In this document: piece after piece, positions 42,630 through 52,730 of the stretch
Position numbering within the stretch: position 1 is the stretch's first letter
How the letters are laid out: each line of letters opens with the position of its first letter
Assembly: GCA_944390525.1 (NCBI GenBank)
Contig: CALXQH010000051.1
Location: forward strand, 1-58,649
Origin: an uncultured Clostridia bacterium
GTDB taxonomy: Bacteria > Bacillota > Clostridia > TANB77 > CAG-508
Direction: 5' to 3'
Length of the DNA: 58,649 bases
Program-made: the position numbers and the translations under genes
Notes under the pieces: generated by a model
Seen by the model: the letters and a program-made list of their open reading frames with translations, nothing else
What the model was told of the DNA's origin: nothing
The model's database searches: none

Positions 42630-43961
42630 ATGGAACTAGGGAAAATTCCACCACACGATATAGAAGCAGAGCAGGCTGTTATAGGTAGTATGCTAATAGA
42701 CAAAGACGCAATTATGTCTGCAGTTGAAGTACTAAAGCCAGAAGACTTTTATCGTGAGGATAATAAAATAATTTATGAAGCTATTTTAAATTTATACAAT
42801 CGTGCAGAACCTGTAGATATTATTACATTAAAAACAGAATTGCAAACTATGAAACAACTAGAAGCTGTTGGTGGACTAGAATATATAGCTCAACTTCCAG
42901 ATAAAGTTCCTACAACAGCAAATGTAGAACAATATATAAAAATAATAGAAGAAAAGTCAACTTTAAGAACTTTAATAAAAACTGCAAATGACTTAATTAG
43001 TTTAGGTTATGACCAAACTCAAGAAGTTGAAAATTTGCTAGATACAGCAGAAAGAAAAATATTTGATGTTATACAAGGTAGAAATCAAAAAGGATATACA
43101 TCTATAAAAGATATTTTAGTAGATACATTTACACAATTAGAGCAATTATATAATCAAAAACAACATATAACAGGTGTACCAACAGGATTTGCAGATTTAG
43201 ATTATATAACAGCTGGTCTTCACAAATCAGATTTGGTTATTGTTGCAGCAAGACCTGCTATGGGTAAATCTGCGTTTGCATTAAATTTGGCCACAAATGC
43301 AGCAGTAAAATCAAATATTCCTGTTGCTATATTTAGCTTAGAAATGTCAAAAGAACAAATGACAAACCGTATTTTATGTAGTGAGGCAATGGTTGACAGT
43401 AATAAAGTTAGAACAGGAAAAATAGAAGATGATGATTGGCAAAAGTTAGCTGAAGCATCTGGAAATTTATCACAAGCACAAATTTATATTGATGATACAC
43501 CAGGAATTTCTATAATGGAAATTAGAGCAAAAGCTAGAAAATTAAAATTAGAAAAAAATATAGGAATGATAGTTATTGATTATATTCAATTAGTACAAGC
43601 TAGTAGCCGTAAAAGTGGAAGCCGTGAACAAGAAATTTCTGAAATAAGTCGTTCTTTAAAAATATTAGCAAAAGAAATAAATGTACCTGTTATAGCATTA
43701 TCACAACTTTCTAGATCAGTTGAGCAAAGACCTGACCACAGACCAATGCTTTCAGATCTTCGTGAATCTGGAGCTATTGAACAAGATGCTGATATTGTTA
43801 TGTTTTTGTATAGAGATGATTATTATAATCCAGATTCTGATAAAAAAAATATAGCTGAAATTATTTTAGCAAAACATAGAGCTGGTTCTACAGGAACTGT
43901 TGAACTTTTATGGCTAGGAAATTATACTAAGTTTGCTAATTTAGATAAATATAGAGATTAA
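42630..43961 (+). CDS. dnaB: Replicative DNA helicase
   Basis: ARPAMGKS, IDYIQL, LSQLSR and DLRESGAIEQDAD motifs. Confidence 0.97.
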   Translation: MELGKIPPHDIEAEQAVIGSMLIDKDAIMSAVEVLKPEDFYREDNKIIYEAILNLYNRAEPVDIITLKTELQTMKQLEAVGGLEYIAQLPDKVPTTANVEQYIKIIEEKSTLRTLIKTANDLISLGYDQTQEVENLLDTAERKIFDVIQGRNQKGYTSIKDILVDTFTQLEQLYNQKQHITGVPTGFADLDYITAGLHKSDLVIVAARPAMGKSAFALNLATNAAVKSNIPVAIFSLEMSKEQMTNRILCSEAMVDSNKVRTGKIEDDDWQKLAEASGNLSQAQIYIDDTPGISIMEIRAKARKLKLEKNIGMIVIDYIQLVQASSRKSGSREQEISEISRSLKILAKEINVPVIALSQLSRSVEQRPDHRPMLSDLRESGAIEQDADIVMFLYRDDYYNPDSDKKNIAEIILAKHRAGSTGTVELLWLGNYTKFANLDKYRD

Positions 43962-44013
43962 TTATTTAAAATAACCTACATAAGAGTTTAAAAATAATTT
44001 AAGGAAAGGTAAT

Positions 44014-45006
44014 ATGTTAAAACAAAAAATTATAGATACAATTAGTAAGTATAATTTAATACAAGAAGGAGATAAAATAGTAGTAGGAGTTTCGGGTGGA
44101 CCTGATTCAATGTGCTTATTAGATACCTTATATTATCTAAAAGCTAACTTACAAATAGAAATAATAGTAGCTCATATTAATCATATGATTAGAAAAGAAG
44201 CTGATGAAGAAACTGAATATGTAAAAAATTATTGCAATACAAGAAACATTAAATGTTATGTAAAAAAAGAGAATGTTATTAATTTAGCAAAAAAAGAAAA
44301 AATAGGTACAGAGGAAATGGGAAGAAAAATTCGCTATGAATTTTTCAAAGAAGTATTAAAAAAAGAAAATGCAAATAAAATTGCAACAGCTCATAATTTA
44401 AATGACAATGCAGAAACAGTGTTATTAAATATTTTAAGAGGAAGTGGAATTTCAGGTCTTAAAGGAATTGAAATAAAAAGGAGTAAATTTATTAGACCAT
44501 TAAGAGAATGTACAAGAGAAGAAATAGAAGAATATTGTGATAAGCAAAAATTAAATCCTAAAATTGATAAAACAAATTTTGAAAATATATACAATAGAAA
44601 TAAAATAAGAAATTCTTTAATACCATATTTACAAAAAGAGTTTAATTCAAATATATTAGAAACTTTAAACAGATTATCTGATATAGCTAAAGAAGAAGAA
44701 GAATATTTTGAGTCTGTTATTAGCAAAAAGTATGAAGCTTTAGAAATTGGGAAAAATGAAAAAGAGATTATATTAGATTTAAATAAATTTAATAAATTAC
44801 AAAAAGTTATAAAATCAAGAATTATTTTATATACTATTAATAAAGTAAATGGAAATATACAAGGTATTGGGAAAATACATATAGAAGATATCATTAAACT
44901 TTGCAAAAATAATATTGGTAATAAATATATAATGCCAAACAAAAATATAAAAATTTTTATAAATAAAGGAAAAATTTTTTTTATGGGTAATATTAATTTT
45001 CCGTAA
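44014..45006 (+). CDS. tilS: tRNA(Ile)-lysidine synthetase, short form
   Basis: SGGPDS PP-loop, HINH, TAHNLND, RPL and RNKIR motifs; 330 aa. Confidence 0.93.
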   Translation: MLKQKIIDTISKYNLIQEGDKIVVGVSGGPDSMCLLDTLYYLKANLQIEIIVAHINHMIRKEADEETEYVKNYCNTRNIKCYVKKENVINLAKKEKIGTEEMGRKIRYEFFKEVLKKENANKIATAHNLNDNAETVLLNILRGSGISGLKGIEIKRSKFIRPLRECTREEIEEYCDKQKLNPKIDKTNFENIYNRNKIRNSLIPYLQKEFNSNILETLNRLSDIAKEEEEYFESVISKKYEALEIGKNEKEIILDLNKFNKLQKVIKSRIILYTINKVNGNIQGIGKIHIEDIIKLCKNNIGNKYIMPNKNIKIFINKGKIFFMGNINFP

Positions 45007-45057
45007 GAAAAAGGTTGATACAGGCGAATTTGCTAAATGAAACTTTTGTGAAAATAC

Positions 45058-45086
45058 TTGAATTTAAAAATACAATATGTTATAGT
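45058..45086 (+). promoter_or_regulatory. SigA-type promoter of ftsH
   Basis: TTGAAT-17 bp-TATAGT with TGn extension. Confidence 0.65.
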
Positions 45087-45126
45087 CTGTTATATTAAAA
45101 CAAGTAAATTATAAGGAGGATACAAC

Positions 45127-46950
45127 TTGAAAAATAGTATAAAAACACTAGCTATGTGGCTAATTATTGGAATTATTTTAATAGTATTAATTAGTTCTAT
45201 TATAGAAAATACAGATAATAAACTAGCTTATTCTGAATTAATTGCAAAAATTGAAACTGGAGAAGTAAAAGAAATTACCTTATCATCAGATGGGGTTAAA
45301 GCAGAAGTAAAACTAAAAGATGAAAATTTTTTAAAGGAAGTAAATATACCAAGTGTAGATAATTTAATGGAAAGCTTAAATGAAAGCATGAGAGCCGGAA
45401 CAGTTAAAGTATCTGAAAAATCAGAATCTATATGGATGCTAATTTTAAGTTTATTAACACCATTTGGACTACTTGTTATATTTTTTATTTTCTGGTTTAT
45501 ACTTATGGGAGGTATGCAAGGAGGAAATAGTGGCGGAGCAGGAAAATCAATGTCATTTGGAAAAAGCCGTGCCAGAATGATTAACCCAGCAGATAAAAAT
45601 AGAGTAACTTTTGACGACGTTGCCGGTGTAGATGAAGAAAAAGAAGAATTAGAAGAAATAGTAGAATTTTTAAAAAATCCTAGAAAATTTACAGAAATGG
45701 GAGCAAGAATCCCAAAAGGTGTTTTATTAGTAGGACATCCTGGAACAGGAAAAACATTATTAGCAAAAGCAGTAGCAGGAGAAGCAGGAGTACCATTTTT
45801 CTTTATAAGTGGTTCAGATTTTGTAGAAATGTTTGTTGGTGTTGGAGCTTCAAGAGTTAGAGATTTATTTGAAGAAGCAAAGAAAAAAGCACCTTGTATT
45901 ATATTTATAGATGAAATTGATGCAGTAGGACGTCAAAGAGGAGCAGGTTTAGGTGGAGGACATGATGAAAGAGAACAAACATTAAATCAATTATTAGTTG
46001 AAATGGATGGATTTTCTGCAAACGAAGGAGTTATAGTACTAGCAGCAACTAATAGACCAGATATCTTAGATAAAGCTTTATTAAGACCAGGAAGATTTGA
46101 TAGACAAATAGTAGTTTCAAACCCAGATGTAAAAGCAAGAGAGCAAATATTAGAAGTACACAGTAGAAAGAAAAAATTAGCTGAAGATGTGGACTTAAAA
46201 ACAATAGCAAAAAATACTTCAGGATTTTCAGGAGCAGATTTAGAGAATGTTTTAAATGAAGCCGCACTTTTAGCAGCTAGAAGAAACTTAAGTCAAATAG
46301 GCATGGCAGAAGTAGAAGATGCTATGGTAAAAGTAACAATGGGACCTGAAAAAAGAACAAGAGTAAGAAGTGAAAAAGAACAAAAATTAGTAGCTTTTCA
46401 TGAAGCTGGCCATGCAGTAGTAAGTAGATTTTTACCAACACAAGATCCTGTACACCAAATTTCTATTATACCAAGAGGAATGGCGGGTGGATATACAATG
46501 TATCGTCCAACAGAGGATAAATCGTTTATGTCTAGAACAGAAATGGTAGAAAATATAATATCGCTTCTTGGAGGTAGAGTAGCAGAAAAACTAGTATTAG
46601 ATGATATTTCAACTGGAGCAAGCAATGACATTGAAAGAGCAACACAAATAGCTAGAAATATGGTTACAAAATATGGAATGAGTGAAAAAATAGGTACTAT
46701 TACTTTAGGTTCTAATCAAGAAGAAGTTTTTTTAGGAAGAGATTTTGCTCAAGCTAAGGAATATTCAGAAGAAACAGCTGCATTAGTAGATGAAGAAGTA
46801 AAAAGTATTATAGATTTTGCATACAAAAAAGCAGCAGAAATATTGCAAGCTAATATGGATAAGTTAACTAAAGTTGCAAATGTTCTTTTAGAAAAAGAAA
46901 AAATTGATGGCGAAGAATTTGATGAAATATTCAATCAAGAAAATGAATAA
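45127..46950 (+). CDS. ftsH: ATP-dependent zinc metalloprotease FtsH
   Basis: TTG start after AAGGAGG; [20 protein letters not shown] and HEAGH motifs. Confidence 0.97.
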   Translation: MKNSIKTLAMWLIIGIILIVLISSIIENTDNKLAYSELIAKIETGEVKEITLSSDGVKAEVKLKDENFLKEVNIPSVDNLMESLNESMRAGTVKVSEKSESIWMLILSLLTPFGLLVIFFIFWFILMGGMQGGNSGGAGKSMSFGKSRARMINPADKNRVTFDDVAGVDEEKEELEEIVEFLKNPRKFTEMGARIPKGVLLVGHPGTGKTLLAKAVAGEAGVPFFFISGSDFVEMFVGVGASRVRDLFEEAKKKAPCIIFIDEIDAVGRQRGAGLGGGHDEREQTLNQLLVEMDGFSANEGVIVLAATNRPDILDKALLRPGRFDRQIVVSNPDVKAREQILEVHSRKKKLAEDVDLKTIAKNTSGFSGADLENVLNEAALLAARRNLSQIGMAEVEDAMVKVTMGPEKRTRVRSEKEQKLVAFHEAGHAVVSRFLPTQDPVHQISIIPRGMAGGYTMYRPTEDKSFMSRTEMVENIISLLGGRVAEKLVLDDISTGASNDIERATQIARNMVTKYGMSEKIGTITLGSNQEEVFLGRDFAQAKEYSEETAALVDEEVKSIIDFAYKKAAEILQANMDKLTKVANVLLEKEKIDGEEFDEIFNQENE

Positions 46951-46953
46951 AAT

Positions 46954-46989
46954 AAAAAACACTGAGATTTTGTTATCTCAGTGTTTTTT
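46954..46989. terminator. Bidirectional terminator
   Basis: AAAAAACACTGAGAT...ATCTCAGTGTTTTTT. Confidence 0.85.
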
Positions 46990-46992
46990 AAG

Positions 46993-49191
46993 CTAATTAC
47001 CCAAAGTAACTTTAATTACCGTTCCTTCTTCTACAGATGTATTGGCAATAGGATCTTGACTAACAACTGTGCCTGAACCAAGTATTAAGTAATTTAAATT
47101 TCTTTCTTTTAATAAATTTTTTACTTGTGATGCAGACTTTCCTATTAAATCTGGAACCTGTTTTGATACACGTGTATTTTCAGTTTCAGTATATAATTTA
47201 ACAATAGAACCTTTTACTAGTTCAGAACCTTTTACTGGATATTGCTGAGTAACAATATCAGAAGAATCTGCAGAAGTACTACAAGTAAAACCATTTTTTT
47301 CTAATAATTTTTTAGCTTCTGCTACAGTTTTATTAACTACATTAGGCAAAGTAACTGTACTATAAGAAGAACTATCTGAATTATCGGAAGATACTTGCAA
47401 ATATGGTAATACTTCACTTAAAATTTGACTAGCTACAGGAGCTGCAACAGCACTACCTTGATGTCCTTTAGAACCTTGAGGATCATAAAGTGTTATTAAT
47501 AATACTACTTCAGGATTTTCAGTAGGAGAAATTGCTAAAAAGGAAGCAGTATAACCTTCAGATTCATTAGAAGGATCTGGCTCAGAAGTTCCAGTTTTTC
47601 CGGCTATAGAATATCCTTTTACTTTAGCGTTTGAACCAGTACCATCTGTTACAACTGATTCTAACATATCTAGCATTTCAGAAGCTGTTTTTTCTGAAAT
47701 AACTTGCCTAACTTGTACAGGTTCAATAGTGGTAACTGCACCTGTATCAGTATTTTTTACTTCTTTAACAATTCTAGGTTGCATTAAAATACCATTATTT
47801 GCTATACTACAAGCAGCTGTTATCATTTGAAGAGGAGTTATTTTAAATCTTTGCCCAAATGACATTGTAGCAAGTTCAACTGGGCCTACATCTTCTAAAT
47901 CCCAAAAAATAGAAGAACTATATTCGCCTATAGTAGCTATTCCAGTTTGATCAAAAAATCCAAAAGCGCCATAATATTTATAACAAGTAGCAGCTTTAAT
48001 AATATTATTAATTTGAACAAATGCAGGATTACAAGAATTTTCTAAAGCCTCTCTCAAACTTTGAGATCCATGTCCAGCTCTATGAGAGCATAATATTTTA
48101 GTATCATAAACTGTTTGATATCCTTTACAAGTATATACATCAGCAACATCTGGAGAAGCTAAGTTTTCTTCTAATGCAATGGAAGCAGTGATAATTTTGA
48201 AAACAGAGCCTGGTTCATAAGTGTCTGTAATAGCGCGATTACGATATAAACTATTTAAGATATTATTTTTTTCAGAAGAAGTCATTTTATTCCACTCTTC
48301 TTTACTAATATAGCTTGGCATATCAAAAGGAGAATTAAGATTATAATCAGGATAAGTTGCCATAGCTAAAATATCTCCATTTTTAGGATTCATTATAATT
48401 ACATTACCGCCACGTCCACAATCATTTTCAATACAAGCTTGTTTTAAATATTTTTCTGCTATACTTTGTATATTAGCATCAATAGTTAATGTTATATCAC
48501 TGCCATTCTCAGCAGATATATACATTTGATTGCTATCAGGAATAAATTCTTGGATAGCATCCTGAGAAGTAACAACCTTTCCAGGAGTACCAGTTAAAAC
48601 ATCATCCCAAGCAGATTCTAACCCCTCTAATCCCTGATTCATATCACCACAAAAACCTATTAAAGAAGAAGCTAGATTTTCATATGGATAATATCTTTTA
48701 GTATCTTCGTCAATATTAATTCCAGAATAAATTTCTTCGGACTCCATCCATTCCTTTAGCTTATCAATTTTATCTTTTTCTACTTTTTTGGCAATAGTAT
48801 AATAACTAGAATCACTAGATACTTTTTCTAAAGTTTCTTCATAGTTTAATTCAAAAATATCTGAAAAGGCTTTTGCAACTTTCTCTTTTAAAAGCTTTGT
48901 TTCTTCTTCATTTATTTTTCCATCTTTTTCTACTATAATAGAGTTTGGAGAGATGCTTACTGTATCTACCTGAGCGCTTACAGCTAAAGGCTTTCCTGTA
49001 GAATCATAAATTGTTCCTCTTTTAGGGCTAATTGTACGACTAGTAATTAATTGATCATACATTTGTTTTTTTAAATCAGCTCCTTTTACAAATTGAAGAA
49101 AAGCAATACGAAGAAGAAGTAAAAATAAAAGAATAAAAATTATAAGCATTGCAATTCTTAATTTTTTAGAAATATTAGACTTTTTTTCCAT
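46993..49191 (-). CDS. Class B penicillin-binding protein (SpoVD/FtsI-like) with two PASTA domains
   Basis: RGTIYD, RYYP, SxxK (EPGSVFK), SCN and KTGT motifs; PASTA-like LPNVVNK and VPDLIGK. Confidence 0.9.
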   Translation of the reverse strand: MEKKSNISKKLRIAMLIIFILLFLLLLRIAFLQFVKGADLKKQMYDQLITSRTISPKRGTIYDSTGKPLAVSAQVDTVSISPNSIIVEKDGKINEEETKLLKEKVAKAFSDIFELNYEETLEKVSSDSSYYTIAKKVEKDKIDKLKEWMESEEIYSGINIDEDTKRYYPYENLASSLIGFCGDMNQGLEGLESAWDDVLTGTPGKVVTSQDAIQEFIPDSNQMYISAENGSDITLTIDANIQSIAEKYLKQACIENDCGRGGNVIIMNPKNGDILAMATYPDYNLNSPFDMPSYISKEEWNKMTSSEKNNILNSLYRNRAITDTYEPGSVFKIITASIALEENLASPDVADVYTCKGYQTVYDTKILCSHRAGHGSQSLREALENSCNPAFVQINNIIKAATCYKYYGAFGFFDQTGIATIGEYSSSIFWDLEDVGPVELATMSFGQRFKITPLQMITAACSIANNGILMQPRIVKEVKNTDTGAVTTIEPVQVRQVISEKTASEMLDMLESVVTDGTGSNAKVKGYSIAGKTGTSEPDPSNESEGYTASFLAISPTENPEVVLLITLYDPQGSKGHQGSAVAAPVASQILSEVLPYLQVSSDNSDSSSYSTVTLPNVVNKTVAEAKKLLEKNGFTCSTSADSSDIVTQQYPVKGSELVKGSIVKLYTETENTRVSKQVPDLIGKSASQVKNLLKERNLNYLILGSGTVVSQDPIANTSVEEGTVIKVTLGN

Positions 49192-49207
49192 TTTTCCTCC
49201 TTTACTC

Positions 49208-50146
49208 TTAAACTCTTAATTTTTTTATTATTTTTATTTCATTATATAATTTTTTAATAACATCTTCACGAACCGCTAAAGCCTTATTATATTCTAACAA
49301 TATTGTTGTATAATTATCAAAGGTTTCTCCCTCTTGAAATAAAAGTTTCATACCTTCATGATAATAATCCTTATTTTTTTGTTTATTAGAACTGTTAGCT
49401 TTTTTATCATAAGTTTCTATTACTTTTAAACGCTTAATTTGTTGTTTTAAATATTCAACATAATCCATAACACAACTAATTTCATATAAAGTGTCATCTA
49501 TAACAACTTTAAATAATTTTTTTAAAATTAGTCCATTTATTTTTCCCAATTTTTCTTTTGCCGATAATTGATCTAAAGCCACAAATTTAGGATCTGGTTT
49601 AGTATCTTTAATTAAATCTTTTAATGTTTCAGAAATATTAACATGAGTAGTATATTGCCTCTTAGTAACAATAGCATCATATTCATCAGCAACACGAATA
49701 ATTTGAGCCTCATAAGGAATATCTTTTTTAGTAATTCCATTTGGATAACCGCTTCCATCAAGAGACTCATGGTGATCTAAAGCTGCTAAAGCATAGGGAC
49801 GTAGTTTAGTATCTTTCATACATAAATTATATCCTAAAGTAGTGTGAGTTTTAATAATTTCATATTCTTCAGAAGTTAATCTTTCTGGTTTATTTAAAAT
49901 TTTGATAGGAATAAACAACTTACCAATATCGTGTAAATATCCACCAATAATACAATGAACAGTAAAAGATTGCTTACACCTTAAATATTCACATATTCTA
50001 CAACATAAATTAGCAACATTTTCACTATGTTTTCTAGTAAAAGGATCTAATTTTTCTAATACTTGCAATTCATATTGCATAATCTGATTTAAGTTATAAG
50101 ACTTTAAATTGACTGGACTATAAAAATCAAACTTATTTTCAAACAT
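49208..50146 (-). CDS. Stand-alone HD-GYP domain phosphodiesterase-like protein
   Basis: HSENV, LHDIGK, HHESLDGSGYP and RVADEYDAI motifs. Confidence 0.85.
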   Translation of the reverse strand: MFENKFDFYSPVNLKSYNLNQIMQYELQVLEKLDPFTRKHSENVANLCCRICEYLRCKQSFTVHCIIGGYLHDIGKLFIPIKILNKPERLTSEEYEIIKTHTTLGYNLCMKDTKLRPYALAALDHHESLDGSGYPNGITKKDIPYEAQIIRVADEYDAIVTKRQYTTHVNISETLKDLIKDTKPDPKFVALDQLSAKEKLGKINGLILKKLFKVVIDDTLYEISCVMDYVEYLKQQIKRLKVIETYDKKANSSNKQKNKDYYHEGMKLLFQEGETFDNYTTILLEYNKALAVREDVIKKLYNEIKIIKKLRV

Positions 50147-50293
50147 AGATTTCTCCTTTGTTAATGTATTAATATTATAATACTATAAAAATAAATTAAA
50201 GGCAATAAAAAGCATTAGAAAAACTGTTTTTATTTAAATATTAATAATTTAAAATAATATTTTATAAAAAAATAAAAAAATTTAAAAAAACAC

Positions 50294-50322
50294 TTGCTAT
50301 TTTTGATATGTTGTATTAAAAT
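50294..50322 (+). promoter_or_regulatory. SigA promoter of the dcw cluster
   Basis: TTGCTA-17 bp-TAAAAT. Confidence 0.65.
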
Positions 50323-50329
50323 TTAATTG

Positions 50330-50356
50330 AAGTGGAGAGAAGTGGTGAAAAGTGGA
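50330..50356 (+). promoter_or_regulatory. Three MraZ-binding boxes (AAGTGG, 10-bp period)
   Basis: GTGG at 50332, 50342 and 50352 upstream of mraZ, matching known GTGG-type MraZ operator repeats. Confidence 0.85.
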
Positions 50357-50381
50357 TTAAAATGTTAAAGGGGTGAGAAAA

Positions 50382-50813
50382 GTGTTAATAGGTGAATATG
50401 AACATTCTCTTGATGTAAAAGGTAGATTAATTTTACCTGCAAAAATAAGAGAAGACATGGGAGAAAAATTCATAATTACAAAAGGTTTAGATGGATGTTT
50501 ATTTGGCTTTTCTCAAACAGAATGGACAAATTTTGAAGAAAAATTAAAAACACTTACACTTACTAATAAAAATGATAGAGATTATGTAAGGTTTTTCTTA
50601 TCTGGTGCTACAGAATGTGAAATTGACAAACAAGGCAGATTTTTAATTTCAGCAAATTTAAGAGAATATGCAAACTTAGAAAAAGATTCTGTAATTATTG
50701 GTGTAGGTACTAGAATTGAAATTTGGAATAAAGATAAATGGAAATCTTATAATAGCGATGAAAATATTTCTGCAGATGAAATTGCAGAAAATATGACAAT
50801 GCTTGGTATATAG
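50382..50813 (+). CDS. mraZ: Transcriptional regulator MraZ
   Basis: [17 protein letters not shown] and IEIW motifs; GTG at 50382 is properly spaced from the SD AAGGGGTGA. Confidence 0.95.
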   Translation: MLIGEYEHSLDVKGRLILPAKIREDMGEKFIITKGLDGCLFGFSQTEWTNFEEKLKTLTLTNKNDRDYVRFFLSGATECEIDKQGRFLISANLREYANLEKDSVIIGVGTRIEIWNKDKWKSYNSDENISADEIAENMTMLGI

Positions 50814-50834
50814 CTTAAAAGCTTATATAAATTA

Positions 50835-51071
50835 TACAAAAGAAGAAAATGTACAAAAGATAAAATTTTACAAAAGACAAGTTATTAAGTTTATACAAAA
50901 GATAAAGTTTACTAAAGAAAAATATACAAATGAAAAAGTGAGTGTCAAAAAAGACATTAATTTCTAAAGAAAAATTACTAGTTACTAATGTAAAAAATAA
51001 AATATACAAAAGAAATTATAGAAAATTTTTTCCTTACCCTACTAAAGAAGAGTTAGAATAAAAACAAAAGA
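50835..51071 (+). repeat. Degenerate TACAAAAGA direct repeats in the mraZ-rsmH spacer
   Basis: Exact copies at 50835, 50852, 50869, 50894 and 51005; one-mismatch copies at 50910, 50925 and 51063. Confidence 0.7.
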
Positions 51072-51160
51072 TAAACAATTTAAAAATGTAGCATACAGTT
51101 GGTATATAAATACCAACTGATTGTGCTATTTTAATAAAGAAGGGAAATTTTTATATACTT

Positions 51161-52099
51161 ATGGAATTTAAGCATGAATCAGTTTTATTAAAAGAATGTA
51201 TACAAGCACTTAAAATTAAAGAAGATGGAATTTATGTAGATGGGACTTTAGGTGGTGCAGGGCACAGTGAAGAAATTTTAAAAAATTTGTCAAACAAAGG
51301 CAAACTAATAGGAATTGATAGAGATGAACAAGCTTTAAAAGCTGCATCTGAGAAGCTAAAGAAATATAACAACGTAATTTATATACATAATAATCATGAT
51401 AATATAAAAAATATATTGCAAGAACTTAATATAGATAAGGTAGATGGAATATTATTAGATTTAGGAGTTTCTTCATATCAATTAGATGAAAGAGCAAGAG
51501 GATTTAGTTATATGGGAGACAGCCCATTAGATATGAGAATGGATACTTCAACCGGTATTACTGCTAAAGAAATTATAAATACTTATACTGAAGAAAATTT
51601 AGCAAGTATTATTTGGGAATATGGAGAAGAAAAATTTGCTAAACAAATAGCAAAAAACATTATTATAGCACGTAACAAAAAAACAATAGATACTACGCAA
51701 GAATTGGTTAAAATTATAGAAAACTCTATACCAAAAAATAAACAAAAAAATGGACATCCAGCCAAAAAAACTTTTCAAGCAATTAGAATAGAAGTAAATA
51801 ATGAAATAAAACCATTATATCAAACAATTATAAATAGTGTGCAATGCTTAAAACAAGGTGGAAGGTTAGTAGTAATTACTTTTCATTCTTTAGAGGATAG
51901 GGCTGTAAAAAATGCTATGATAGATTTACAAGGAAAATGTACTTGTCCAAGTGATTTACCTTATTGTATTTGTAATTATAAATCATTTGGAAAAATTATA
52001 AATAATAAACCTATTATAGCGAAACAAGAAGAAATAAAGAGAAATTCAAGAGCTAAGAGTGCAAAAGCAAGAATTTTTGAAAGAATAGATAAAAATTAA
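51161..52099 (+). CDS. rsmH: 16S rRNA m4C1402 methyltransferase
   Basis: DGTLGGAGHS, DLGVSS, LDMRM and TFHSLEDR motifs. Confidence 0.97.
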   Translation: MEFKHESVLLKECIQALKIKEDGIYVDGTLGGAGHSEEILKNLSNKGKLIGIDRDEQALKAASEKLKKYNNVIYIHNNHDNIKNILQELNIDKVDGILLDLGVSSYQLDERARGFSYMGDSPLDMRMDTSTGITAKEIINTYTEENLASIIWEYGEEKFAKQIAKNIIIARNKKTIDTTQELVKIIENSIPKNKQKNGHPAKKTFQAIRIEVNNEIKPLYQTIINSVQCLKQGGRLVVITFHSLEDRAVKNAMIDLQGKCTCPSDLPYCICNYKSFGKIINNKPIIAKQEEIKRNSRAKSAKARIFERIDKN

Positions 52100-52127
52100 A
52101 AATACAAAAGGAAAAGAGGTGAAGTTT

Positions 52128-52637
52128 ATGGCATATAAACAATATATGAAATATCAGTATGAGACTAGCCCAAAAAAATTAAAACCAGAATATGAACCAA
52201 GAAAAAATCCATATGCAAAAAAGAAAAAATCTACAGGAAAAAAGCAGTCTCAAAAAACTAAAATACAACCAAAGTCACATCTTAAAGCTGTTATATACAT
52301 ATTGTTAGGATTTACTATTTTATTTGCCATAAGCTATCGTAATTCTCTTATTACAGAAAGTTTTGACAAAAAAGAAACTTTAAAAAAGGAGTTAAGTAGT
52401 TTACAAAAAGAAAATGCACAAACAAAAATAAATATTCAAAGCAGTTTAAATTTATCTAATATAGAAAAAGCAGCATCAAGTATGTTAGGAATGAAAAAAT
52501 TAGATGAATCACAAAAAGTATATGTAAATCTTCCTAAAAAAGATTATGTAGAACCATCAAGTGAGCAAGTTTTAGTTACAGAAGAAAAAGGTTGGTTTGA
52601 AGAACTAATAGAGAAAATTACAAGTTGTATATTATAA
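52128..52637 (+). CDS. ftsL: Cell division protein FtsL-like
   Basis: Position after rsmH; basic N-terminus, one TM, coiled coil, IEKAA...LGM; ATG at 52128 follows the SD GAGGTG. Confidence 0.75.
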   Translation: MAYKQYMKYQYETSPKKLKPEYEPRKNPYAKKKKSTGKKQSQKTKIQPKSHLKAVIYILLGFTILFAISYRNSLITESFDKKETLKKELSSLQKENAQTKINIQSSLNLSNIEKAASSMLGMKKLDESQKVYVNLPKKDYVEPSSEQVLVTEEKGWFEELIEKITSCIL

Positions 52638-52647
52638 AAAATAAATT

Positions 52648-52675
52648 AAAGACTAATTATTTAGTCTTTTTTTTT
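52648..52675 (+). terminator. Terminator-like hairpin inside the dcw cluster
   Basis: AAAGACTAA-TTAT-TTAGTCTTT followed by a long T-run. Confidence 0.6.
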
Positions 52676-52730
52676 ATCTTTTGAATAAAAATAAAAGAAG
52701 AAAGATTTTTAGGTTTAATAGGAGACCAAA

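Noticed and set aside
50835-51071. Possible CRISPR array
   Set aside because: 9-bp units with 6-16 bp gaps are far too short, and there are no cas genes.
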